From the NCBI GenBank assembly GCA_030141605.1, contig JAQGDQ010000432.1, positions 66,553 through 130,552 of the forward strand: DNA of 64,000 nt, given 5' to 3'. Shown here one piece after another: positions 51,801 to 64,000 of this stretch (position 1 is its first letter; every line of letters begins with the position of its first letter). A program made the position numbers and the translations under genes. The notes under the pieces were generated by a model. The model had not been told where the DNA came from. It saw only the letters and a program-made list of their open reading frames with translations, and made no database searches. Source of the stretch: Tubiluchus corallicola (Eukaryota; Animalia; Priapulida).

Positions 51801-54800
51801 CTGGCTCATTGTTAGCCTGCCGGCTTTTTATACCTCTGAACCTAGAATCAAGCACAGCAAAGGAAGCATGCACGTGCAAATAGACGAACAAACAAAGAAA
51901 CAGCCACAAAGTATCAAAATTGTTTCGTCAAACTATGAAAATGCAATGTTAACGTTTGTTAAACCCAGACATAAAAAAATGAACATTCCAAATATTCATT
52001 TAATCAGTTTTTAATTCATTGTTAGTGTGGTAGGTTTGTTTATTGTGCTATTCGGTCTCGGTAAAGAGTTCATAATGTAGTCTTGTTGTATCAACACAAA
52101 ACAAGCCGTGCTGTAGGTACAAAACGTCACGTTATAGACTAGGATTGCTAATCGTTAATGAGCAACAATGATTACCTGTTCTAGCAATCCGACTGATCCT
52201 ATTTCAACAGAAACGCTAGCCTTCAACTTATTCAATTATTGTAATTTGAAAACTTGCATACTATGACACCATGACCAAATGACCACTAGTCAAATGCTTA
52301 TAAAAATGATACAGCCTTAAATTACGTTTGTAGAATGCCTTACTAACCCATCTGAAACTAGTTTTACATACAATAAGTTTATTCTTTTTACATAAATTGA
52401 TGCTTATAATACAGTCGATCCAAAATTCAAACATTCGATAAGGAAAATGTGACTAATTATCTACCTGGGCAGAAAAAAATGTTAGTGAATAGTAAAATAT
52501 CAAAACAAATCTACTATCGTGACATGATGGTAAAAAAGTGCAGCATAGCTCGCTGTGTTCTAAACGAAACATTGGAACAATGCACTACACAGTGTGAACT
52601 ACTCTATGACACTAAGTCTTGCCTATTAAAGGTCAAATGTAACACAGTTTATACAGTTTTTGAATTTAATTCAAAACAGAAAGAAAACGTCTTCGGCATT
52701 AGATGGTACTGTTTCAAAGAACGTCTGGAAGTTACACATTTTACTCATTAGATGGTGCTGTTTCAAAGGAAGTCTGAAAGTTACACATTTTACTCATTAG
52801 ATGGTGCTCTTCCAAAGAACGTCTGGAAGTTACACATTTTACTCATTAGATGGTGCTGTTTCAAAGGAAGTCTGGAAGTTACACATTTTACTCATAAGAT
52901 GGTGCTGTTTCAAAGAACGTCTGGAAGTTACACATTTTACTCATTAGATGGTGCTGTATCAAAGAAAGTCTGGCAGTTACACATTTTACTCATTAGATGG
53001 TGCTGTTTCAAAGAACGTCTGGAAGTTACACATTTTACTCATTAGATGGTGCTGTTTCAAAGAAAGTCTGGAAGTTACACATTTTACTCATTAGATGGTG
53101 CTGTTTCAAAACACGTCTGGAAGTTACACATTTTACTCATTAGATGGTGCTGTTTCAAAGAACGTCTGGAAGTTACACATTTTACTCATTAGATGGTGCT
53201 GCTTCAAAGAACGTCTGGAAGTTACACATTTTACTCATTAGATGGTGCTGTTTCAAAACACGTCTGGAAGTTACACATTTTACTTATTAGATGGTGCTGC
53301 TTCAAAGAACGTCTGGAAGTTACACATTTTACTCATTAGATGGTGCTGTTTCAAAACACGTCTGGAAGTTACACATTTTTCTCATTAGATGGTGCTGCTT
53401 CAAAGAACGTCTGGAAGTTACACATTTTAGTCATTAGATGGTGCTATTTCAAAGGAAGTCTGGAAGTCACACATTTTACTCATTAGATGGTGCTAAATCA
53501 AGATGACTTAATAACCGCAGAGTTAAAAATCTTGCAAGAGTTGCTTCTTGTCTGTGTCACAGTTAATCTTCTTGTAAAAGATAGCATCGTTCTTTCAGAC
53601 GGCTACAAGCTTTTTGTATTTGTTCTTGACAAACTGCTTGAACTCGTTGGCAAACTTATTTTAACACTATTTAAGTTTGAAGTGTCATGATGGTATAAAA
53701 AACTACAACAGCAATATGTCAACCTCGCTTCATGGCAAAACCGGAATTCACTTGTTCGCTCACTTGTTTAGATAGAAAGAGAACAGAGAGAAGCCAGCTG
53801 TGACGTCACACTCATACTTTTAAGTTTAAACTACTGGCTTACTACTGTACATATTTTTAACAGTATTAATTTATTTTGCCAACAGTGGCTTTAGCTTTTC
53901 GGCATTCAGAAAGCTTAAAAAAATTTAAAAACTTTTCCCCAGCTTTCACGTGGTTAAAACAATTCGCCGTACTACAGAACGACATGTTTCTTTGTGTAAC
54001 ATTTCTTACGTATTCATTTCCAGAGACGTCATACAGTATCCAGGGAATTGTTACTACGTGGTATCGTCTAGTCACACTTTGAGAAAGTTCTCAAGCAAAT
54101 TTGAATTAAATGTTTTTAGGGGAAAATCTAGCTTCCCGTGTAATACACCATTGCAATGGTGCCACCTATACACAGCTATTTTAATTAAACAGAACTTATA
54201 AACACGTTAAATTTGACCTTTAATCTACCACAAAGTGAAGCAATGGCTGTCTTAAACCTCCAGAGCCTAGATACCGGTTGATTTGGTTTCATGTGTTTGG
54301 TTCATAGGAATTGTATATTAAGCTATGAAACAATGCGCACTATATAATAAGCATTTTCACGATTCCAGCGATTGATGATGACTGTGAAAAGGTCAAAGGT
54401 TGAGTGTACCAAGCAATGCCTCGCAGCCCATGCTATTGTAATAGTAACAATTTTAACATGTTTTACCAGCTAGCTAGAACCTTACCTAGTTCATTTTTTC
54501 TTGTTCCCAAGTAAGATCCAGTTAGTAAATCACTCTATGCATAGATTAATGCATAATTAAGTAAAGTCCACGTATAATAACTGACGTAACTGAACTGATG
54601 CGGGAGACTGCTTTGCTTTACTCGCATGTCACGTGACAGTTGTAGTTAAGACCTGTTGCTGTGGTACACTTAACCTTTGACTTACAACAACTGCATGTGC
54701 GCACAATGAAACTGTGAAAGACTTATTACACACAAACTTCTTAAACATGACATTTTGTTTGCAAAATCAAATTCAGCTAGAATGACATTCAAAAGACTCT

Positions 54801-57800
54801 GATGCTGCTGATCGTTTGTATAAATTCGAGGAATATTATGTGGGACAGTTTGTAAAAGAGCGACACATTAACTGCTAGACAAACTTACAATTTCATTTTA
54901 AGTCAATTCTTAGTTACATGTCTATGTAACACAAGCAGAATCTAATCAATTGTAGACCTGCCAATTCTCACGCATTTTAAAGGAAAACCGGATGATTGTG
55001 TAAACACGTGTTCAGAATAAAGAATGCTCTAAAATATTGAAAACTACAACAGCTTTTTAAAATCAAAACTTAGATTAAATAATAATTACCTCGGATACTC
55101 AAATTTCGTTAAACTTTCAAAGCTACGCATGGCTCAGTGAATCTACTAAGACTGGCAGCGGTGCCTTTTTGACACGTGTGCGTGGCCGACAAATAGAAGG
55201 CGGTACTGTGATAACCATGATCATGAACTACTGCGTTAGTTTCATGACGCCATATGATGTAAAGCCCATTTTTCGTGACATCATGCATTTAAGCAGTACT
55301 AAGCAGTACACCTATGCAAATGTGCTTGACGTGCAAGGGAGATGCCTGTCATTGCACAAACTGTGGTTAGTTTCTGACATAAGCAATAGCTGTGTTTGGT
55401 TGCCGTTAATTAACTTTCTAAGCTAATTATTCTAATATAAGGAAGATTTGTTAACTTTTATAGGCAAGAAAATGTATATTTTGGACAGTAAATTAAAATG
55501 AGATTGAATCTAAACAATCGTCCGGTCTTCCTTTACGTCTTTTTGCATGCACACACGAATCAAATTTCAGTTTTCGCCTTTTCTACAACTTCTTCACATG
55601 CAATTTTACAATCACCTGGCTTCCTTTACCATCAGTACCAACCACAACACTGTAAGTAGTACTATTCTCAATAATACAGTAGTGTCATGAGTCTCAATAT
55701 GTATATAACATACAATTCTTGAAAATTAAGCCTTTTTCATGTGTACAAAAGAACAAACTTATATCTGCCAGGGACGAGATGATCCCCAAGCTCTCTAAAT
55801 CTCACACTCGTTTTTACATCAAATGGTTGGCAAGTCTGCAATTGGCCCCAGTCAAATCTTTTGAAACATTGTGATACAGAGAAAACACAACGCTGATCCG
55901 AGACACTTCCACTTCCACTGATCCACTTCCTGATCCATGATAACAGTGAGAAGTATGCTTTGTTGTTTCAAAACTAGAAACTCAGCTTAGATGACCGTTT
56001 TTATTTTTAAAAATCATAGCGGCATGTGTACTTGCAAACCAAAGCCGTCCATAAGTCGGCATAGTTAAAACTACCTTATGATTGTTCAAAGTAGAACGCA
56101 CCAAAATTTTGGACTAATGTCCATTTTTGTTTTTTATAAAAAGCTAAATATATTGGATTTTTATATTATAGCATCAAATAATTTCGAAAATGTTAAAAAA
56201 TTACTAAAAACCTAATTTTATAACCACGTACCAACTTCTCTGGCTAAAAACTAGTAATGCAATTGCAAAAACTTGTATTTTCAAACTCCAACAATAGCTC
56301 ATGCAAGCAGTCATTTTGCTTCTGGTTTTTTCTGTTTCCAAGCCCAGATCTTCATCAGGAAGAGCCGTCTCCTGGATTTAAACATAACTTCAATATGTTC
56401 TTGCAAAGTCCGCAGCAACCAACATTTGTATATTTTTCCATGCGTAGCCTGCACATTAACTTCAATGCGGATTACTTCAGCTTAGAAATAACATAGAGCA
56501 ATGAGCTTGGTATCAAAATGATCCTCAAGAAATATAGAATATGTGAATAACTAGAAAAGTTTAATTGCCGACTTATGGACGATTTTGCTATGCAAGCATT
56601 ATACAGAATAATATTCAACAGTCAAGCAACAGCGCATGCAAACGTAAGCCATGCAGCACGACAGCCAAACAAGCAGAAAACGTTTAAATCAAGCAAAAAA
56701 TCATGTGTTGTTATGAAATAAAGTGTTCAAAAAAACTTAGAAGTAAAAATGAAAGAAGACTATTAGTTGAAATGCCTACCCCATATGTGAATAACCTTAA
56801 ATCTTACTCCTATGTCAACACACCAGGCTCCGACTGGGGCTTCGTTTGCCATGCGACAGTTAAGGCCATCGAGCCTGGCCAACGTGATAAAAAAATACAT
56901 GATAAATAAAAAAACTGTAGTTAGTCTACACAATTGCAGCAGGCTACTTCTTCACACAAATTTTATACGATTAGCAGTTACTGTATCTATCAGCCGAAAC
57001 TCTCTAAGAGCTATGCTGCACACACGACTCAAGGTTCTCCTGTGAAAAAAGTACCTTGACAAAATACTAACTAAGTTAATTAGAAAAAGTATCAAAAAAA
57101 TTATGTAATATACTCATTTCATTATTCTAACTTTGACAACAATTTCCAAGAAGGAAAGTAAGATGGAACCAAAACTCTAAAAGTAAAATAATACGCAACA
57201 GGAGATGACGATTCAAAATTAAGAACGCAGAAAGAAAATGAAATAAGATAATAAGAAAGTGATTAAAACCGTAACTGCAGCCATGTTGAGTTTGTGCTTC
57301 TTATCTTGTTTTGCTTTTTATACATCCAGAAAGTTTTTTATTAAGTATTAATAACTAATTTGTTTTGTTAATCGTTCTAGTGCATTCAGTTTTGTGTGAC
57401 ATATCAGGCAGTGCGTTTCACATACATATAACTACACGTTATCTACTGTGTATCTATTGTCTGTGCTACCACCATTAGTCACAAGACAACGACCATTCCT
57501 ACACATCTATAGCAAGAAATTTGGTACCCCAGAAATGAGTAACAAAGTACTGATCACTGCCCACTTGATTAAAAAATCCTGCCACTGGAGCGTCGTGACT
57601 TTGTCTATGTTTTAACCCTCGGGACCTGTGCACAATGGTGAAAAAATAACAGCATGTATACTAAATGCACTATAACCTTTAGCTGCTGCTATAATCTTTT
57701 TCATTTTAAATCATAAATATGGTTTGTTTGACTATTTGATTGGCGTCTTATTGCTAAATCATATATTTTAGGTTCGCAAATGTAGTCAGAACCTCATCTC

Positions 57801-60800
57801 AAAAGTATGTGACGTACCTATGATGTCGGGCCCAAGTAATAAAAGTCAGTCACACGTCTTACAGACAGTGGCAGCAGACATGCTGATGCTTGTACATATG
57901 CTGTGATTGTTATACGTATATCAATAAACTCTTATGTTATTGTATATGTTGGTAACATGACCGTGAATCTCATCGCATCAGCACACTGGTGCCGTGCCAG
58001 ACCAAGGAAGGCAAAGATGTACAATGTGAAAGTTAAAAAAAGAATTGATACAATTTTACTAACAATTAATTGTGGCTATTTTTGAAGGAATGCGTATAGA
58101 ACAGGGCACATTTCCTTCCAAATTTTTTGTGAGCATGTGGCCATATTGTGCCAAAGCATAATTTTTCTAGAAAACTGCACAGCAGCTAGATTGCGCTTGA
58201 GAGAAAAATAGAAATCATTAAAAAAGCCACCCATCAAAAGTATAACAGAGACATAAAAAATGCTGTACATTGTACAGGTACTTGTCAACTTATGACCTAC
58301 ACAACTTACGACCGCTCAACTTCATAACCAGGCTACATTTTAATTAATTAAGTAATACAAAGTTGGTAATAACTCACATTTCCCTCTACTCTATAAATAA
58401 ATTAACTTTAAGTAGCTCTTAGTTTCGAAGGCGCCATCATATTTAGTGCGCACGCAAACAATGTTTTGCATGTAGAAACACACCGATTTAATATACAGGT
58501 TCAGACTTACATCCAGTTCGTATCACGACAATCAGCTCGAACCAAATGGGGTCGTAAGTTGACAACTACCTGTATTATGAAGATTGAAAAGTACCTATTA
58601 GTAGCAAAAAAACGAACAAACTTACCAACTATTCCCCCATTCGATCATTGTGCCCGGCTGAAATTACAACCAGAGTAAAAAAATTCAAAAATGACGATTA
58701 TAAAGTTATTGTGAGTGGATTTATTCCTGATTTTTTTTGAGAAAGGGGCATTTTAGCCAATGTGATAAAGTTGTTTTAAAACAGTTCTGGAACTTGCTGT
58801 CTTTTCTGTTTTCCGCTAGATGTCATAGCAAGAGAAAAGCTCAAAAATGGTCCAAATACTGATGGATTCGCTTGACCTACTTTTTTCACAGTAATACGTA
58901 AAAAAAATTGGCTATGCAGGTTGAAAGTTAAGTTCTAGCACAAACACTGGCAAATACATACATGATTGTACAAAATAAATGATAAAAACGTTTGACTGAT
59001 TTCCAATGATAAAGTTTTTAAAAAATCTCAGAAAGAAGTGACCCTCTGTGAGGAGAAAGGCCACTCCTACCTCGATCGCTGTAACTTTTAAACTCATGCA
59101 ATGTTTTTTTTCAAAAAAAAGTGGTACAAAATACGTACCTTGAGCAAATATGTTCTTATCTCATATATATGCTTTGGTGGCCGTGGCTCGGGCGTGGGCC
59201 AGAAACTAAATTCCAGCAGTAGTTGGTTCGTTCTGCTCCTGAGAATTTTCCGCATTTCCCGTTGCTTGGCTTTGTACGCCTATAAAAAGAATTTACTAGC
59301 ATGTCAGTCACAGTAATGCAATGGTTTTCATAAAGCACTTTATTTAAAATTGATGCGTTCTGTGTTCAGTAGTCTATTCTATCTACATTTGTTTCCGAAA
59401 ACTCGACATGGCAAAACAGTCGTCAAAATTTTCAAGTTTGAACATGAAGTTTGAAAACTGTGTTATAATAGTGCAAGATTCTTTGAACAGTTTGTGAATC
59501 TTTATCAATTGTTAACTTTACCACAATTTTGCTATAAAGATAACCTGCTTAACATAGTTTACTTAAATAGTTAAAAGGCTACCAGAGATGATATATTAAC
59601 AACTAAACTCAATGTTTCAACTACCTAACATTAGTCATTCTTACGAGATATACAAGTTCTATCTTATGAGTTTATCTATTAATAAATCATCTTTTGTAAC
59701 CATTTAACTATTTCATTATGTTTCGAGGTGTTAGCATACCAACAAAACACTTTGCTTACAAAGATAATATACTTATAGTGCAAAAGCCCACTATGAGTTA
59801 AATAATCTCTTTTTCACAAACATGATTTTCGACCACTGCATATCATACGTATGAGTCTAGTATATTCCACATATAACCACACCTTTATAATAGCAGCAGA
59901 TTTTCAGGTGAAGAGTTCACCATAAAAACACAATAACCACCTTATTCACAATGACCACCTTATCCAGAACACGATTTTGAATACTGTATATCACATCATA
60001 TTGAGTGCTGCGAGACTCAAACCTACAACGTGATTCACACCGACTATATATGCAGTGGTCGAAAATCATGTTCCTAATGAGAAGGTCATTTGAGCAGGCT
60101 CTTGGACTATTCATATATTGTTACGAGAGTATAACTTTTACCAGCAGTTGTTAATAAACATATAAGAGACAAACTAATCTAGGATTCATTTCACTGCTAA
60201 ACCCTTTCCCTACTGAAAATATGATGACAAAATAATAGCTCATTAATGAAAAGAATTTTAATGTTTTAAGGTGAAACTGGAGACAAATATGTTAAGGTAA
60301 ATACAAAGTTTCCTACTGCGCGTGCAAGCAATAATAAATTTTGCTAACCGTTTCTTCCCTGATCTTTATCATGGCTTTATTGATATCGGTGTAACCATTC
60401 GGATACTTCCACAAATGCACTGCAAACAGAAACTTTTACAGTCTTAAATAAATATAAAGTTTATCATGTCTTCAGGCGAGTATAATAAGTCTTGAGTAAT
60501 ATATTTCTAAAAGTCTTTGACGACATACTAAAAGTTTGGGAGCGTTAATTTGTGATGGTCAGTTCTCAACTATTCTAGTGATTGTGTGGTTTTAATTTGT
60601 TCAGTAATAAATAAAGAGTGTGAAGCAATAGTTTCTAGTTTGAATGAGTTTTTCTCATGGTAAATTGATACTGGATCCTTCGTTGTTTCTAATACTCTAA
60701 TCTGTATTTTTCCTCACTTTCATCAGTACGTTACTTGGATGAAATGTTCATAATACCTTGCTTCCGACTGCTCGCTGAGTTAATAATTGTTTCACTTATT

Positions 60801-63800
60801 TGTAATACCTTTAACTGTTTTTCTCACTGCATAAAATTCTGTTGTTTGATCTGAAATCCAGGAATGATTTCTGGTGCATTTATCATGGTCTTTTGTGGTG
60901 TTTAGGAACTAATTAAATAAATATATAAGAAACTGGTGTACGCTAGTTATTTTATTTATAAATATTTGCAAATTCTGTTATAAATTATCCAACATTATGT
61001 TATAATTATTAAAGTGTATGAAATATTTAAATGTGTGTGTATTGAGTCAATAAAATCATAACAACATAGAACACCTGAAAAAAATCAAGGTTCATCGATA
61101 TTGTAATAAAATTTTCCTGATTGAAAAGTGCTCGAGCAAGCATGCCTCAGCCTAGTAAAAACGCAGCTGCATTGCTACTGTGATGTATATGTAAATTATT
61201 TTATTTTAAAACTAATAGACAGCCTTATAAAAAACAAAAGCTATTTGTAGCTGCAAAATTATAAATATCCAGGATAAGTATTTATCTATAAGTTACTAGC
61301 TGTTACTAATGCTAGCAGCAAATGTAACTTTTTATGTTATTTTTTTACACATTTCCAAAAAATAATTAGTTCAGGAGAAAGTTTACAAATGACGTGGCTG
61401 AATGAACTTCTAACAATCACGATAAACAAGTTAAACAATTACGATTGCATAACTGATTTACCATCGAATTTAAACTCGATTACTTTCGAATTCGAACCAG
61501 TTTTTTTTAGTTAGAATTCAATTCAAATCTAAAATTAGGGATTCGAATTTGCTTTCTGGTAAAGAATGCTCACCCTAGCTATAATAATTAGCAGTTACCG
61601 ATGTCCATGAGCAAACCATAGATAATTTCAGTAAGAAACATTTTTTTCTGAAAACTCGAGTCAGGATTACAATATTTCTATCAAATATTTTCAACCCTTT
61701 AATTCCAGCTAAAGATAACATACAGTCTAGTCTCGTTATCTCGCCACTGTCCATCCAGGGCAAATTTTTGGCGAGAGGCGAGTATGGCGAGATAACGGGA
61801 ATATAACGAAGTTAGTCTATATGTATATACATAATAGTTGATTAACATAGTGTTCCTCTATGTACAAGTAAAATATATTTCGCATTATGATACCAATCAA
61901 CATTAAATCAGAAATGTCATAAAAATAATCTTAGAATGTTACTTTTTTATTTAAAAAACCTTTTTCGAGTATACACTTAAATGCAATAAACTTAGCAAAA
62001 GCTTTACAAATGTTCATAAATGAGTTACTGACGACTGAAATAATTCAGAAGAGACGACTGTTTCATTGATGATACAAGCAAGCAGTCAACACGACCAACC
62101 ACAACACTCCTAGTCTAATCCTGGTGAGACACACACTAGATTAGTTATGTCTGTCTATCGAGTACAGCAGCATTGTCTACATACCGCGATTATATTGATC
62201 GACGCGCGGTATATGTATTGATCGATTCACCTCTGAGTTTGTCTGTTTGGCGACATAACGAATATAGTTTACATAAGCACTCATCCTAGCATGACGTAGC
62301 GAGGGCGAGAAGCAAGGGTGGTGACTTAACGAGGTAAATATCAAAGCAGGAAATCCGTCCTGGTACTTTCTATGGCGAGAGACGAGTTTGGGGGCATAAC
62401 GAGGGGCGAGATAACGAGGCTAGACTGTATTAATAAATAACTAAACATATTTATTTGTCAACACGTTATCTTTTAAGCAGAATAAATGAAAATAAAATGC
62501 GAGATTTTTCAGATGAGTTAAATCTTACAAGCTTGATCCTGATGTCCAACTGTGACTGACCATGAACCGACTAGATGACAACCCAAATCCTTCCTTTCAT
62601 TAATTAGATCTACCCATTCTCCACTAATAAAACAGAAAATTCAATTTTAATAGCAACAAAAGTAGTTGAGAAAGTTCAGCAAAATGTGCAAGTATTCATG
62701 TTGATGTTATTCGACAAAACATATGCACAGATGACATTATGTTGCACATATGTTGCATGTCATGTTTAAGAACATAACATTAATAATTTTTCAAATGCAG
62801 AGCCTTTTTGAAGTCACTCACAAATTTCATTTTCAGTTTCCTTTACAAGTACACTATAAATGACATTCAGCTCATGGCAAACTCTTGTCTAAACTCAATA
62901 GCTAGAACCTGATGTATGGAACTGCCTGAGATGCAAAATTTGTAAAGTAAACCAACAGAACACAGAAAAGTGCCCTTCCCACAACCAATATTGCAGAAAC
63001 CTTAACAATGATTACAATGACGTTGAAAAACTAAATAAACAAATAACGAATTAGCTGATATTGTAAGCTGTCTATTACATTTTTACCTCTCAAGGTTTTT
63101 CATATTACTTAGTTTTTACACTGAAGAAGCAACCCATAATGGGCTGCGAAATATCCTTTATTCAGCAAAGATAAAAAGCAAAGTTACATCCATGTTTCCG
63201 TCTATAATCTTTTTTATTGAACCTAAACATATTTCACTAGTTTTGTCAAAAAATATAAAATAGCTACTTACTATTTGTCAACATATTCTGTCATGTGAGC
63301 AGGAATAATAAAATGAGCTGAAAAGAGAAAAGCAAGACATTATTTACGGCTTATTCGTGTCCATAAGTGGTTAATGAAAAGAAACTACAGTTTGTTTATT
63401 GGCCAAAAAGATGAAAAAAAGCTACTAGAAAACCACGTGTAGAACAGCACGGGTCATCTTGAAAACTTTTCCTATTTGGTTTCAAATAGGTAAGCCTTTA
63501 ATGACTTTATAATTGACTTATTTTATGACTAAACACTGAAAGAAAATAAACAAATTTTCCACAGATAAAGAAACTGTTAATTACTGCATATTCTGGACAA
63601 TGCGGTAACATATCGTTTAGGCAATTTATCTTAAAATAAAAAAATGTAAATATAATCTACAAACAAGAGACTGTACACTTTACTTTGTAATTCATAAATA
63701 TGAGCCTTATCAGTCAATAGCGACGAGTGAGACTCCGCATTAGGATTGCCAGCATTGAGACTATCAAACCACCTTTGATGTCTGCACCTTGTGCTTATAG

Positions 63801-63802
63801 AC
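48736..63802 (-). CDS. NIPSNAP: NIPSNAP family protein (NIPSNAP1/2-like), 9 exons; first exon lies beyond the right edge
   Basis: Exons 63802-63684, 63317-63272, 62623-62529, 60419-60349, 59279-59139, 58657-58626, 51841-51747, 51018-50935, 48800-48736 splice in frame. Hallmark motifs: [65 protein letters not shown]. Confidence 0.95.
48933..49215 (+). mobile_element. dispersed repeat, copy 3 (truncated, with a (CA)n insert)
   Basis: Homologous to the left half of 4414-4975 and 34848-35448. Confidence 0.7.
49919..50347. mobile_element. hAT MITE
   Basis: Perfect 15-bp TIR CAGGGGCGGAACTAG; 8-bp TSD GCACAGTG/GCACCGTG (7/8). Confidence 0.88.
50935..51018 (-). CDS. NIPSNAP: NIPSNAP exon (84 nt)
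   Basis: [28 protein letters not shown]; ttacttag / gtacca. Confidence 0.95.
51747..51841 (-). CDS. NIPSNAP: NIPSNAP exon (95 nt)
   Basis: [31 protein letters not shown]; ttctag / gtacgt. Confidence 0.93.
52630..54219 (-). mobile_element. Kolobok-like DNA transposon derivative (TTAA TSD) carrying a minisatellite and a THAP-like remnant
   Basis: TTAA|AGGTCAAATGTAAC ... GTTAAATTTGACCT|TTAA; minus-strand [12 protein letters not shown]...NFFKL at 53985-53866. Confidence 0.7.
52697..53494. repeat. 49-bp minisatellite, ~16 copies
   Basis: Unit CATTAGATGGTGCTGTTTCAAAGAACGTCTGGAAGTTACACATTTTACT. Confidence 0.97.
54460..54725 (-). repeat. dispersed repeat; inverted copy of 45549-45816
   Basis: Reverse-complement similarity. 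Confidence 0.8.
54981..55532. mobile_element. TTAA/Kolobok-like MITE
   Basis: TTAA|AGGAAAACCGGATGATTG ... CAATCGTCCGGTCTTCCT|TTAC (16/18). Confidence 0.7.
56031..56596. mobile_element. TIR element (unclassified)
   Basis: CTTGCAAACCAAAGCCGTCCATAAGTCGGCA ... TGCCGACTTATGGACGATTTTGCTATGCAAG; perfect 16-bp core. Confidence 0.7.
58275..58572. mobile_element. Tigger-like MITE
   Basis: TA|CAGGTACTTGTCAACTTATGACC ... GGTCGTAAGTTGACAACTACCTG|TA. Confidence 0.85.
58626..58657 (-). CDS. NIPSNAP: NIPSNAP exon (32 nt)
   Basis: [10 protein letters not shown](W); atttcag / gtaagt. Confidence 0.95.
59139..59279 (-). CDS. NIPSNAP: NIPSNAP exon (141 nt)
   Basis: [47 protein letters not shown]; tttatag / gtacgt. 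Confidence 0.95.
60349..60419 (-). CDS. NIPSNAP: NIPSNAP exon (71 nt)
   Basis: [23 protein letters not shown]; tttgcag / gttagc. Confidence 0.92.
61723..62427. mobile_element. Tigger/pogo-like MITE
   Basis: TA|CAGTCTAGTCTCGTTATCTCGCC ... GGCGAGATAACGAGGCTAGACTG|TA (22/23). Confidence 0.88.
62529..62623 (-). CDS. NIPSNAP: NIPSNAP exon (95 nt)
   Basis: [31 protein letters not shown]; ttattag / gtaaga. Confidence 0.92.
63272..63317 (-). CDS. NIPSNAP: NIPSNAP exon (46 nt)
   Basis: tctcttttcag|..[14 protein letters not shown]..|gtaagt; phases fit both neighbours. Confidence 0.85.
63684..63802 (-). CDS. NIPSNAP: NIPSNAP exon (119 nt)
   Basis: ttttcttcag|..[39 protein letters not shown]|gtaaag. 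Confidence 0.85.
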
Positions 63803-64000
63803 CTGAAGAAAATAGAGCAACTAAACGTACTGTTATAGATTTTTTAAAGACACACAGTCTGAAGTACACGATCAATCCGATTCTGTAAGCAAATGTTTTC
63901 AAAACAAAGAGATAGGCCTAGACAGATTATACGTCAATTACGAATAACTATTTTTCTAATCGTTAAAGTTGTTCAAAATCTCCAAAATCTAGGCGCATAA

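Noticed and set aside
52697-53494. CRISPR-like appearance of this and the other regular arrays
   Set aside because: Units are contiguous near-identical repeats with no unique spacers; no cas genes; eukaryotic context.
59900-60080. Cys/His-rich plus-strand stretch ([13 protein letters not shown]...CSGRKSCS)
   Set aside because: Bounded by stops, with no usable splice sites or recognisable family.

Overview
AT-rich, intron- and transposon-rich DNA from an invertebrate animal; it is not prokaryotic, and most long ORFs in the ORF track are repeat artefacts. Manual splicing gives two multi-exon genes in tandem on the minus strand. (1) NIPSNAP: 9 coding exons, 63802->48736, with the first exon beyond the right edge. 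(2) A nahoda-like secreted protein: 5 coding exons, 41499->1937, continuing past the left edge. Its mature N-terminus starts with His and carries the H...H-x-G...CxxC...FxxCAD pattern of lytic polysaccharide monooxygenase (LPMO)-like copper histidine-brace domains, followed by an EGF module. Its 29.5-kb first intron holds an intronless trypsin-like serine protease pseudogene. The rest is MITEs (Tc1/mariner-pogo, hAT, Harbinger, TTAA/Kolobok-like), LINE and LTR remnants, a 5S rRNA-derived fragment, minisatellites and microsatellites. Family assignments come from recalled motifs, not database searches.
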